Counted from the first letter of the stretch, positions 10,587 through 20,264 are shown. The stretch is 64,000 nt of DNA from Nitrosopumilus sp. (GCA_965224195.1 OZ245040.1:1248001-1312000); one strand, 5' to 3'. The notes: generated by a model not told the origin, from the sequence alone. Numbers and translations: made by a program.

Positions 10587-10970
10587 TTGATGATAATCAT
10601 GGATAATATGGTGACAAACCACCTTCGTGACCTTTATGGATTAAATCCAAACATCCCACATGTAGCATTCCAATTTCCAAGACTACCTCCTGGATTATCA
10701 AATCCAATATTCAAAAATCATGAAAACCCAATGAAAGAGCAATTTTTGCGAAATGCTGATAACATGGCTCAAAAACTTCAAGGATTTCAACACATGTATC
10801 AGCAATATGCTAAAGGATTGTTAACCATGACTTCCACTGTGATTCCACCAGGACATCCTGCATACACTAGACAAAATTCTATAGAAACACTTCAGACAGA
10901 AAATGATAAACTAATCAAAGAGAACTTGGAATTAAAGAAAGAAAAATATAAAGAAAAAAATTCAAAATAA
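10587..10970 (+). CDS. hypothetical protein with C-terminal coiled coil
   Basis: 127-aa ORF. Confidence 0.6.
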   Translation: MMIIMDNMVTNHLRDLYGLNPNIPHVAFQFPRLPPGLSNPIFKNHENPMKEQFLRNADNMAQKLQGFQHMYQQYAKGLLTMTSTVIPPGHPAYTRQNSIETLQTENDKLIKENLELKKEKYKEKNSK

Positions 10971-11027
10971 CTACTAGTTTTAAAAATTGCAATTAGCCAA
11001 CATCCTTATTAATTTAAAAATAACAGT

Positions 11028-11429
11028 TTGATTATGGTAAAAACTCCTGCAGATAAATGGAAAGATACAGTAATCAAATATAGAAAACAATGTCAAAAAA
11101 TTTTAGAGATATCTGATAATATACGATATACTGGAATTGTAAATGCATATGGTAGAACATTAACTGGAATGATCAAACCGAATCTCAAACCTCTTTTACA
11201 ATCAGAAGATTTCAAAAATGAATTATTTGTAATATCTACATTAATTTCATTGAGGAGGGATTCAGTTGGGGCAATTGGAAAGTTGGAACATATTATTTTA
11301 GAACATCAAAAAATAACAATCGTTATTTTACAAAAAAATAATGTTACATACTATGTTTCAGTAAATAGAAAAGAAAAAGGCTTAGAGAGGATTATTGCTT
11401 TAATTAAAAAACAATCTAAGCTGGTGTAA
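11028..11429 (+). CDS. roadblock/longin-like thaumarchaeal protein (DUF6659-like)
   Basis: C.KILEIS..IRY.GIVN..G pattern; paralogs at 33798 and 47278. Confidence 0.65.
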   Translation: MIMVKTPADKWKDTVIKYRKQCQKILEISDNIRYTGIVNAYGRTLTGMIKPNLKPLLQSEDFKNELFVISTLISLRRDSVGAIGKLEHIILEHQKITIVILQKNNVTYYVSVNRKEKGLERIIALIKKQSKLV

Positions 11430-11829
11430 ATCCATGATATCCGCCTGATTGTTGATCTTTGTCATCAAAAATAGGTTCGAATAAGGAAATAAGATAGTCA
11501 TCAGGATCTAAAATTACCGCATTTAGTCCTGCATCTTTTTTAACAACATCACGATGAATTGTGATGCCTTTTGACCTCAATTCTTCAACAGCTGATTTTA
11601 CATCGCCAACAAGAAAACCTATAGTAATTCCATTCTCTATAGAACTGCCAATATGTTGTGCAGTTAGCGATGCAGGATGTAAACTCAATAATGCACCAGT
11701 AGTACCCAAATCAACCCAGGATCTTCTTTGACTTTTGATAGGAAGTCCTATGATTTCATGGTAAAATTGTAGAGATTTGTCAATATCAGTTACAGCCAAT
11801 ATTACATTACCTACTTTTTTGATGTTCAC
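11416..11829 (-). CDS. VOC/glyoxalase family protein
   Basis: V.DIDKSL.FY..I.GL and DPDD...L.E motifs. Confidence 0.85.
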   Translation of the reverse strand: MNIKKVGNVILAVTDIDKSLQFYHEIIGLPIKSQRRSWVDLGTTGALLSLHPASLTAQHIGSSIENGITIGFLVGDVKSAVEELRSKGITIHRDVVKKDAGLNAVILDPDDYLISLFEPIFDDKDQQSGGYHGFTPA

Positions 11830-11865
11830 ATAGATAATACGATAAAGTTCTTTAAATCAATTGCG

Positions 11866-12084
11866 TCATTGCACTTCAACCATAGTTTCAGTTCTATCTA
11901 CCCCGCTTATTTTCTGAATTTGATTTGCAACATCCTTTATCTGAACTAGTTCTTGGACATCAATTATGGCAACTGCGTCAAATTGTCCACTAGTTGGAAA
12001 TGAATCTGCAACAAAAGCAATTTTCTTTAATCTTGCGGCAATTAATTTTTTAGGAGATTTAACCAAAATAATAGCCCTTACCAT
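11866..12084 (-). CDS. stand-alone Lrp/AsnC ligand-binding (RAM) domain
   Basis: SGQFDAVA...IQKISGVDRTET. Confidence 0.8.
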   Translation of the reverse strand: MVRAIILVKSPKKLIAARLKKIAFVADSFPTSGQFDAVAIIDVQELVQIKDVANQIQKISGVDRTETMVEVQ

Positions 12085-12317
12085 CCCATGTTAACCTCCA
12101 CTTCAATCAAGGTTTCAGTTGTAACAATATCTTTGATCTTTTTAAAATCAATTACCATATTATTAATTTCATCAATATTGCCTTGCAATAGAACACTGAT
12201 ATCTGCCCTACCGGCAACCACCATAATCTGTTTTACAATTTTACGTTTTTTCTTTAATATTTCTACTACAGAATCTATTTTCCCAGGTTTGACATTAATC
12301 AAACAAAGAGCACGCAT
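12078..12317 (-). CDS. stand-alone Lrp/AsnC ligand-binding (RAM) domain
   Basis: LINVKPGK...GRADI...TTETLI. Confidence 0.8.
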   Translation of the reverse strand: MRALCLINVKPGKIDSVVEILKKKRKIVKQIMVVAGRADISVLLQGNIDEINNMVIDFKKIKDIVTTETLIEVEVNMGW

Positions 12318-12351
12318 GAATAGTATACGTCACCGGATCTGATAAAGATTC

Positions 12352-12585
12352 CTAGTCAAATGCATCTTGTGAACGAGCCTCTTCTAGATAGGCACGTCTT
12401 TCTTCATTAACTTTTTCTTGATCAATTACAATATCATCATCTACTATGACAATACCCCCATCACCGGAAGGTTCATCATTGTATTTTTTAGATTTTGTTT
12501 TAGATTTAGTATCTTTTGCTTTACTTGTTGTTTTCTTTACAGGTGTTTTTTTTACAGTTTTCTTTACAATTTTTTTTCCAGCCAT
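12352..12585 (-). CDS. small protein with Lys-rich N-terminus and acidic C-terminus
   Basis: 77-aa ORF, last core-like gene before the island. Confidence 0.65.
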   Translation of the reverse strand: MAGKKIVKKTVKKTPVKKTTSKAKDTKSKTKSKKYNDEPSGDGGIVIVDDDIVIDQEKVNEERRAYLEEARSQDAFD

Positions 12586-12756
12586 GAATCTCGAAAATCA
12601 AGAGGTGGGGTGGTTTTTAAAGATTATGCAAAATGCATTTTGAATCAAGTTGGTAATTTTTTATCGATCAAACAGGCCATCTGAGTCAACAAATTACGCA
12701 TAATCCACTTTATCATCAATTCATCCAAATGGTTCCTATTGGAGGTGAAGAAAAAT

Positions 12757-13075
12757 AGCAACATTAGCAGATTACCAAATGACAGGAAATAGTGCATCAT
12801 TGGCTAAGATTGGAGAAAAATTATTTACAATTACATTTGTAGAAGATTCCAATTATACTCAAGGAGAAGTCATTACCCAAGGGGTAAAGATCACAACTAA
12901 AGAAATGTTTGATGTAGATGGAAATCAAATGAATAAATTCCACACTACACATGCAGCCATAGTTAATAGATTCAAAAGGATGTTTGGTGAGTATGCCATG
13001 GCTCACAAAAGAAAATACATGATAAAAGAATTGGAATTAAAAGTTGAACTGTATAATCTATTTGCAAGTGTTTGA
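12757..13075 (+). pseudogene. degraded mobile-element-type gene at the left island edge
   Basis: GGAGGTGA RBS followed by an ATA (lost ATG?) near ATLADYQMTGN; the C-terminus appears to run into unrelated sequence. Confidence 0.4.
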
Positions 13076-13083
13076 GGGAATAA

Positions 13084-13254
13084 GATCAAAAGTTAGCTAG
13101 AAATGATTTGTTCGACAGAGTACAATTTGAGATAAAACCTGGCGTATTTACCAGTTACAAATATGCTTGGGATGAACCAAATCCTGAGACTTTCTCATAT
13201 TGGTCTCCAGCATATTGGTGGAATAGTTATACTGTCTGGTGGCATTTGAAATAG
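13084..13254 (+). pseudogene. orphan C-terminal fragment of a secreted EPNP..WW..WH family protein
   Basis: ...YAWDEPNPETFSYWSPAYWWNSYTVWWHLK*; matches the tail of the 28613-29439 gene. Confidence 0.65.
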
Positions 13255-13539
13255 ATGTTTAATACTATAACATCTAAAATCCTTCTTATTTTTTTAATAT
13301 CTGTAATACTTTTACCGCTCGGAGTCTGGTTGTATGTTTTTTCAATATTTCCATTAATCTCAGAATCTATATTATCAACAAATGCAGAGATAATATCATT
13401 CAAAGAAGAGCATGGTACATCTAATTTCGGGCATCATAAATCTGAGTTTATGTCATATGGAGATGATAAATGTACAATAACTGGTACTTTATCTCCTTGG
13501 AACTGGAATGTTGAGAATGTTATAGTGAAATGTGGTTAA
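13255..13539 (+). CDS. small single-TM protein (cassette partner)
   Basis: N-terminal TM, two Cys; ATG directly follows the fragment stop. Confidence 0.65.
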   Translation: MFNTITSKILLIFLISVILLPLGVWLYVFSIFPLISESILSTNAEIISFKEEHGTSNFGHHKSEFMSYGDDKCTITGTLSPWNWNVENVIVKCG

Positions 13540-13623
13540 TTAAAGTCGACAGCAATCTTCCAAATTAGGTTTCAATCTTTATTGTAATAGATGTGTCATT
13601 GAGACTTGGTTATGGTTAAGTAT

Positions 13624-13953
13624 TCATGTGTTGTAATAATGGTAAAAATATGCTATAATGATAGATGAAGCAGTAGAGAATAAGAGTAAAAGCTGTATCT
13701 TACTGAGCATTGTCTTTTTGTACATTTTTTTTGAAATAGTACAAAATGCAGCAAAATGTATTGCAAAAAATCCCAACAACAAAAAAGCACCGTAATATTG
13801 TTCTTCAAAAACCATATGAAACATATTGTAAGAATTTGTCAGCACATTAATGACTAAATAACCAGAATAAAATATTGTGCCCATACTGGTTATTAGAATT
13901 CCTAAAAATCCTAAAAATCGCCAATAAAAAAAAGAAGGGGTATGGTTTACCAT
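13624..13953 (-). CDS. small multi-TM protein (cassette partner)
   Basis: three hydrophobic helices; probable ATG at 13953 next to the upstream gene end. Confidence 0.6.
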   Translation of the reverse strand: MVNHTPSFFYWRFLGFLGILITSMGTIFYSGYLVINVLTNSYNMFHMVFEEQYYGAFLLLGFFAIHFAAFCTISKKMYKKTMLSKIQLLLLFSTASSIIIAYFYHYYNT

Positions 13954-13958
13954 GACCC

Positions 13959-14696
13959 CTAGAAAAACTTTGCAGTTACAGAGTACCAAGAATTTCCACC
14001 ATCAAAATTGGTAAAAGCATACGAACCATGTCTATCAGAATGATTAGAATCTGATGTTAGATTATGTTTGGTAGTTCCATATTGTATGTAGCCATCTTCC
14101 CATTCATGAGGTACAAAACACCAGTGGAGATAAAATGGACTAGCTTCCCAATTAACATCAACCACATTTGGTTTTACAGTTGCATCAAAAACAGCTTGAT
14201 TGAGATTAGAACATTCAGAGTATCCATCATGCAATTTTAATGTGTTAGGAGTACCATAATCTTTATCGTATAAAGATATTGCAGCTCCTCGGATATCAGA
14301 GTTCCCTGAACCACGTTTTACACGCTGCTCTTCACGATCAGTGAATGTTTCATCAATATCGAGTTTTTTATTTTTTAGAGCATATGTACCATCGTCATTT
14401 AGAGTAATTCTAAATGTTTCTGATGCTTCTAATGTATCATCAATTACAGTTGTTGTTTTGATTTTATACTGCGTATCAGATAGTTGTTTTGTCTTTGTTG
14501 TGACAGCTATTATTTTACCATCGATTATTTTTTGTTCTGTGTTTTTACCTGTAGTAGAGATTAGTTTTTCAATGTAATCTACTACTGCTGGATCATATGT
14601 TGCTTGTGTTTGTGCTGATGCATAATCCATTACAGAGAATGGAAGAATCATTACAGATATCAAACCAGCAAATAAGATTATTTTTGTATTTTTCAT
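13959..14696 (-). CDS. secreted protein with conserved K.I.FA..I..MILPFS.M.YA leader
   Basis: signal peptide, internal RVKR, aromatic-rich C-domain; TAG is followed by GSW-TAA (possible slightly premature stop). Confidence 0.75.
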   Translation of the reverse strand: MKNTKIILFAGLISVMILPFSVMDYASAQTQATYDPAVVDYIEKLISTTGKNTEQKIIDGKIIAVTTKTKQLSDTQYKIKTTTVIDDTLEASETFRITLNDDGTYALKNKKLDIDETFTDREEQRVKRGSGNSDIRGAAISLYDKDYGTPNTLKLHDGYSECSNLNQAVFDATVKPNVVDVNWEASPFYLHWCFVPHEWEDGYIQYGTTKHNLTSDSNHSDRHGSYAFTNFDGGNSWYSVTAKFF

Positions 14697-14721
14697 AATT
14701 ATTGAAAAAATTTATTATATA

Positions 14722-15787
14722 GATGAGTTGTGCAATCAGTCCAATTTGAGCATAATCTCAACATTTTCTAATCATAAGATCCAAAGCTAAGGCTGAATTA
14801 TTTTCAATTCATGTTTAATTGCACAAACTGGCAAAAAAACCAAAGCAATTCCTGCCAATAGCAGGATTAACTGTTCCACAATTTGATTCCCTATACAAAG
14901 AAACAAAGAAAAATTACAAAACTGCAGAACAAAAGGGATTATCCAAAAACAGAGAAAGAGACATTGGTGCAGGACACAAGTTTGACTTGTCCTTCAAAGG
15001 CAGAATTCTAATGTTTTGCATGTACTACAGAATGTACACAGCATATGACATGCCAGGGATGACATTTGATTTGGACAAACCAAACGTAATGAGAAACATC
15101 AGATGTTTGGAGCCTGCAGTGAAGCAGTCCATTACAATTGCTGCCAAAAAATATGCAGACTCAAAAAAGATTAACGGCATGCAGAAATTGCAAGAATTCT
15201 TTCCGGAATTAATTGCAATCACTGATGGCACAGAACAGCCCATCCCAAGACCAAAAAACAAAAAGAAAAGAAGGACACACCATTCAGGCAAAAAGAAAAA
15301 GCATGCAGTACAAAATCAAATCGCCATAAATCCTGATGGGATAACAATCCACAAATCTGCACATTCGCCTGGCAGCCATCATGATTACAGAATTTACAAA
15401 TCAAAGCATCCAACATTATCTGAAGGGTTGCTGCAGTCTTATGATCTTGGATATTTGGGGATGGAAAAAGACTTTCCAGAACAGGCAAGTGTTTTGCCAT
15501 ACAAGAAAAAGAAAGGAAAAAAATTGACTGTTGCTCAAAAGGAGTGGAACAAGATGCAGTCAAAAATTAGAATAAAAGTTGGACGTGTCATTGCACAAGT
15601 CAGGCAATTTCGGATAAATCGCGATGTGTTTAGAAACAAATTATGCAGATATGATGTGACAAGTGAAATTGTTTGTGGGACTGTCAGTTTCAAGATTAAA
15701 TGGAAAGAAGAATTCATTGCAATTCCATAAAATTAAAAATTAAATGATAGAAAAGTCAGATTTTTGTTTGTAATTACGCAACTCATC
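14722..15787 (+). mobile_element. IS5-family (ISL2/DDE_Tnp_4-type) insertion sequence, copy 1
   Basis: TIR GATGAGTTGTGCAAT / ATTACGCAACTCATC, flanking TA on both sides, 1066 bp. Confidence 0.9.
14819..15730 (+). CDS. IS5-family transposase, probably inactive
   Basis: DGTE and DLGY present; the third catalytic residue reads G (RIKVGRVI versus RIKVEHVI in copy 2). Confidence 0.85.
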   Translation: MHKLAKKPKQFLPIAGLTVPQFDSLYKETKKNYKTAEQKGLSKNRERDIGAGHKFDLSFKGRILMFCMYYRMYTAYDMPGMTFDLDKPNVMRNIRCLEPAVKQSITIAAKKYADSKKINGMQKLQEFFPELIAITDGTEQPIPRPKNKKKRRTHHSGKKKKHAVQNQIAINPDGITIHKSAHSPGSHHDYRIYKSKHPTLSEGLLQSYDLGYLGMEKDFPEQASVLPYKKKKGKKLTVAQKEWNKMQSKIRIKVGRVIAQVRQFRINRDVFRNKLCRYDVTSEIVCGTVSFKIKWKEEFIAIP

Positions 15788-16091
15788 TACTGTATATTTT
15801 TTCAACACTTACTATAGTTGTCTTTGATTCAAAACCAGGCTGTATCTCGTCATACTTTAATGTAAAATCAACAAAGCCCCAACCCCTATCTATCAATGTG
15901 TCAGCTGATGACTCTTTTACACAGGCATATGATACTGCATTTGATTTAAAGAGTAACACATAGCTGTCTTTGCATACGTTGCTATCTTCTATCGTAAAAT
16001 CATATGCAAAATCCTCTGCAAATGCAGGAACAGAGGCTGCTGCCGAAACTGCAATCAATGCAAAAACCATCCAAACTGTTTTTTTATGCAT
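15788..16091 (-). pseudogene. secreted protein truncated by IS copy 1
   Basis: signal peptide ending PAFA; C....L..K....ACV.....LI.RGW module; ORF ends inside the IS end. Confidence 0.7.
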
Positions 16092-16123
16092 AATTTAACT
16101 CAGATCAAACGATTCTAAAATAC

Positions 16124-16708
16124 CTATTTACTAGGAGTTGACAGGAATTTCACGTCTCCATCATACCAAGCTTTTCGATCTATTGTGTAATAATCACCAG
16201 TATCAAGGGATTTACACAAGTCTGTTGCGCAATACACTTGCGTGTGTACAGGACTACCTCTGTTTATAACACCATGTATTGTACCAAAATGCCCACCAAA
16301 ATCCCTAACATCATAACACATTCTATCATTAGCCATAACACAACCAGACAAATCATAAAGTGTATTGTTATAAAGTCCAAGTTTTACAGGTTCAATATCA
16401 GCAAACTGTCCTGTAGATATAAATTTGAAGATTGTAATTCCATTAATAATTTCCTCAGTATAATTATAACGAGTACCATTCTTTAGAGATATGGAATATT
16501 CACCAGTTTTATTATCATGATATAAGTTACCAGGAGAAAAAGCCATAGAATAATAAGCCTCACCTGGCGGAAATTCAAATATTGAATAATCCACAGTTAA
16601 ATTATTGTGAGTTTGTTTACTTGATTGATCAAAAGAAGTTACAATGTATATTATAATTACAAATAAAACAAACAAACAAGTAATAACAAAATATTTTTTA
16701 TCCATCAA
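16124..16708 (-). CDS. membrane-anchored protein (partner of the protease)
   Basis: N-terminal TM, 4 Cys in the extracellular part; overlaps the protease stop. Confidence 0.7.
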   Translation of the reverse strand: MMDKKYFVITCLFVLFVIIIYIVTSFDQSSKQTHNNLTVDYSIFEFPPGEAYYSMAFSPGNLYHDNKTGEYSISLKNGTRYNYTEEIINGITIFKFISTGQFADIEPVKLGLYNNTLYDLSGCVMANDRMCYDVRDFGGHFGTIHGVINRGSPVHTQVYCATDLCKSLDTGDYYTIDRKAWYDGDVKFLSTPSK

Positions 16709-18866
16709 TTCCTGTCTTATTTACTATATTTTCCCAAGTGCTAAAAAATTTGAAATATGCCCCATGATCCTCTATACATTGTTCAAATACAGGGAATGTA
16801 TTAAAATCAGTTTGGTTTTCTAACTTGAATATACAAGCTTTACCCACATGTATACCAAGTATACGAGCATTGTAATCATCTAACATCTCAATAACAGGTG
16901 CTCCACTATCCCCCTTATAACTAGGATACACTGATAGAATCTGTTCATGATAAACATAATCACTATTTGTTTGGCTGAGTTGAAGAGTTACATTAGTATG
17001 AGCGATAAAACCCTTAGCCTGATTATATGCACCAATCATGAATATTTCATCATTTACACGTTCAACATCTTTAACACCACCAAACTGTGTAACATGAATG
17101 GTGTCAGTGCCGTTAAGTATTGTATGTTTTGTAGTAGGAATATTTGGATTTGATGGTATAAAAGCAGAATCAGCTTTGATTCCGATCAAATCAGAATCAC
17201 TAACAGGTCCAATATTTTCAGCAATTTTAATTGGGCCTAACTTTATACTAACACGTAAATCACCACTATTATCTACAACAAATCCTTTTGTAACATTTGT
17301 TGGTATCAAACCATGTGCAGACATGATAAACCCTGATATACCGTTCTTAGTAACAGGTAATGTTATTGTGGAAGGAACATCAGGATTTTTTGAGTTATCA
17401 AGTTGACCTTCATATCCTGGAAAATATAATAATAACTGACCACCATAAATACTATTATCTATGGATACAGGTTGCGTATATGTTGTGGATATTTTATCAT
17501 CATTTACATATGGTCCTATACAACCACCTGATTCACGTAATTGGATAGGACAAAACCCAGTAGTTTGATCTGTAGAGAATATACTAGTCTTATTTACTGA
17601 TGATGTAACTATAGGAGGTTTTGGTTTATCTACACATGTATTATTTTGTATAATCTGGCCAGATGGACATGATACCACAGTACACACACCGTTGCGCCAC
17701 TCTTCGTTACTAGCTGGACATCTATCAACACATGCATTACCTTGAAGTATCTGCGAGCCTGTACATGTTGGCATAGTTACCGGCACATTAACAACATCAG
17801 AGTAGAAATACTTGATGCTAGTACTGCCACGGTCATTGGTATAGTACAGCTTTATCTTTAGCTTGTAGTTTTTACCTTCATGTACATTTGATATGGTATA
17901 GGATGTGTCAGTAGATGATAGTTTACCTTTGTATACTGCATATCCACCGTCAATTGATACGTACATTTTGTAGTATCGTACGGTATAGTCAGTTGGCCTA
18001 TCCCATGATACTGTTATATCATCACCGGATTTTACGGTTTTAATATTTTGTAGTTCGTATGTTGGCACAATAACTGGCTTTGGTGGTGGTACTGATATAG
18101 TTCCGCTGTCAGTTGGCAGATCATATCCTGCATTTTTTATGATACTACTATATGTACCACATCGCTTGTACGTATTTCCACCTGTACATCTGTCCTGATA
18201 TAGTTTGTAATAGTAGCAAGTGTTACTTTTTGGTTCATCAGTACATGGGGATGTGCTAGTTTGTGTAGGAGGTGTAACTACAGGTGGGGTAAGTGTAGTT
18301 ACAGAGGCAGGTATTGGCACATGAAGTTGTATCATAGTTTTTTTGTATATCTCACATACCTTTTGGTATCCAGCCTTTACTGGCATACAGGAATTTTTGT
18401 ACCTGTCCTGCCATTGCTTTATCCTGTCTTGGGATGAATGTGACTCTGGTTGGAACTCTACATATTTTATCTCAACTGGTGCATCAATACCAAGTATCTC
18501 TTGTATCAGACCAGGCTCTATTGGAATATCAAAGTATGCAGCCATCGTATCAAGACCAACAACTAGTGTATCATCATCTATGTACACCATTGTAAGTGGG
18601 ATGTCAGGGCCTGTATACTGTTCTAGTGGGGTATCGTTTTGAGTTATCATTAGATTTGTTATTTCAGAGTGAGCTTGTTTTAACTCTGTCTCATTTGTCT
18701 CCCAGTTGCCATCCTTTGAGTAATCTGGATGGTCATCTTCAAACTCATTGTTTCCAGTAAATGTATCAGTATTGTCATCTCCTGGCTGCTGGTTTGCAAA
18801 TGCTCCGCCAGGGACAAGTAATATTAATGAAAAGACTACTGTTGCTGCCAGAAGATGAGGTTTCAT
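16698..18866 (-). CDS. secreted multidomain chymotrypsin-like (S1) serine protease with FN3 and Cys-rich modules
   Basis: signal peptide; TVSWDRP..Y FN3-like domain; CxxxQ..QxNxCVD repeats; IMSAHG, ADSAFI, GDSGAP triad. Confidence 0.8.
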   Translation of the reverse strand: MKPHLLAATVVFSLILLVPGGAFANQQPGDDNTDTFTGNNEFEDDHPDYSKDGNWETNETELKQAHSEITNLMITQNDTPLEQYTGPDIPLTMVYIDDDTLVVGLDTMAAYFDIPIEPGLIQEILGIDAPVEIKYVEFQPESHSSQDRIKQWQDRYKNSCMPVKAGYQKVCEIYKKTMIQLHVPIPASVTTLTPPVVTPPTQTSTSPCTDEPKSNTCYYYKLYQDRCTGGNTYKRCGTYSSIIKNAGYDLPTDSGTISVPPPKPVIVPTYELQNIKTVKSGDDITVSWDRPTDYTVRYYKMYVSIDGGYAVYKGKLSSTDTSYTISNVHEGKNYKLKIKLYYTNDRGSTSIKYFYSDVVNVPVTMPTCTGSQILQGNACVDRCPASNEEWRNGVCTVVSCPSGQIIQNNTCVDKPKPPIVTSSVNKTSIFSTDQTTGFCPIQLRESGGCIGPYVNDDKISTTYTQPVSIDNSIYGGQLLLYFPGYEGQLDNSKNPDVPSTITLPVTKNGISGFIMSAHGLIPTNVTKGFVVDNSGDLRVSIKLGPIKIAENIGPVSDSDLIGIKADSAFIPSNPNIPTTKHTILNGTDTIHVTQFGGVKDVERVNDEIFMIGAYNQAKGFIAHTNVTLQLSQTNSDYVYHEQILSVYPSYKGDSGAPVIEMLDDYNARILGIHVGKACIFKLENQTDFNTFPVFEQCIEDHGAYFKFFSTWENIVNKTGIDG

Positions 18867-19134
18867 ACTATTATAATATCAAACTTGAATATATCTGATC
18901 TCAGATCGCAAGTATCATACCACATTGATACAGTATCAGAAGAGATGGAATGATGATACAACAACAGAGATGAGGATACTTTCTCATTATTGCTTGATCA
19001 TATGTTGGGGGTAAATAATTGATAATCACCTAGATCTATTATCACTCAGGCAAAGAATTGTTTTGAAGGATTTTTTCAATCCTCTTTTTATTTTCCCGGA
19101 TTTTTTTTCATTCACATTATTAAATCTAGTCATT

Positions 19135-19932
19135 TTATTTTACAATCTCTAGCAGAATATTTTCATCATGCCATGTAATGTGTTCCAAATCAGAAAAATT
19201 CTTTCGTATATTTTTCTGAAACATCTCAAGGGATTCATCAAATGTCTTTTCGTCATACAGAGCAAAAGTAGAATAATGATTGGCTTTAGCTTGTTGAATC
19301 AATCTTTCAAAACTAGATGTCCTTCCATGTCCAAACACTCTAGTAGATTTGATCTTCATGTCTGCATTTTTGGCATATTCTTCTAACTCATTTAACTCAT
19401 ACAATCGATTTTCCATATCTCCAAATAATGGGAAATGTTCTCCCCATATGCTCCTGTAATTTTGATTTCTCAATCTAGTGTAAATAATCAATTTACCATC
19501 ATCTTTTAAAATTTCATGGGATTCTAAAAAGAATTTGTCAAGATCAAAATGGTGTATTGCATTAAATGTCATAATACTATCCATAGAATTATTCTCCAAA
19601 GATAATTTGCTAGCATTTCCTGTCCTAGCACAAAAATTTGTAAATTTCTTTTCAGTCAAGTAATTTTTCAAGTGTTGAATCATGTTTTCATTAAAATCAA
19701 TACAGTGAAGATAACAATTTTCAAATGACTTTAAAATCTCCAAAGAGTAACGTCCATCACCACAACCAACATCAGCAATATTGATTTTTGATTTTTTATC
19801 TAGAATTTTTGTGATGTATTCTATATGATCAACATCTGTTGTTCGTAATTCCTTATAATTTGGAGCGATTTTAGAAAAATGATCATTTGCGTTATTTTCA
19901 GAAACTAAAAGATCTTGTGCAATATTCATCAA
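19135..19932 (-). CDS. class I SAM-dependent methyltransferase
   Basis: ADVGCGDG, IDF, NAIHHF, LKDDGKL. Confidence 0.9.
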   Translation of the reverse strand: MMNIAQDLLVSENNANDHFSKIAPNYKELRTTDVDHIEYITKILDKKSKINIADVGCGDGRYSLEILKSFENCYLHCIDFNENMIQHLKNYLTEKKFTNFCARTGNASKLSLENNSMDSIMTFNAIHHFDLDKFFLESHEILKDDGKLIIYTRLRNQNYRSIWGEHFPLFGDMENRLYELNELEEYAKNADMKIKSTRVFGHGRTSSFERLIQQAKANHYSTFALYDEKTFDESLEMFQKNIRKNFSDLEHITWHDENILLEIVK

Positions 19933-20067
19933 GATAGCAAGCCTAGAGGGATTTGAGTCTGTAATACTCTAAATTGGACGGAATTCCAAAAAATCATTCT
20001 GTCTTATTATAAATCCCCTGTCTATAAACGGTGTATTGTACCATGAATCAAGGAAAAAGACATTATC

Positions 20068-20211
20068 ATGACCAAAGAAAAAAACATGAAGCATTTCATA
20101 AAATGCACATTTTGTGGCAAGTCGGATCGTGTAGAATATCTAGGAGGGCTAGATTGGTTTTGCAACAAGAGATGTTATTATAATTTTAGACATAGAGAAG
20201 ACAATACTTAG
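20068..20211 (+). CDS. small Cys-rich Zn-binding protein (47 aa), copy A
   Basis: KCTFCGKSDRVEYLGGLDWFCNKRC; close paralog at 60759-60902. Confidence 0.75.
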   Translation: MTKEKNMKHFIKCTFCGKSDRVEYLGGLDWFCNKRCYYNFRHREDNT

Positions 20212-20264
20212 ATTCCCAATTAAACACTATCAAAGATTTGAAATGTAAAAACTTGAACAAATTA

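Noticed and set aside
18948-18997. C/D box sRNA (ATGATGA...ATGAGGA)
   Set aside because: No proper CTGA D boxes and a very short guide.
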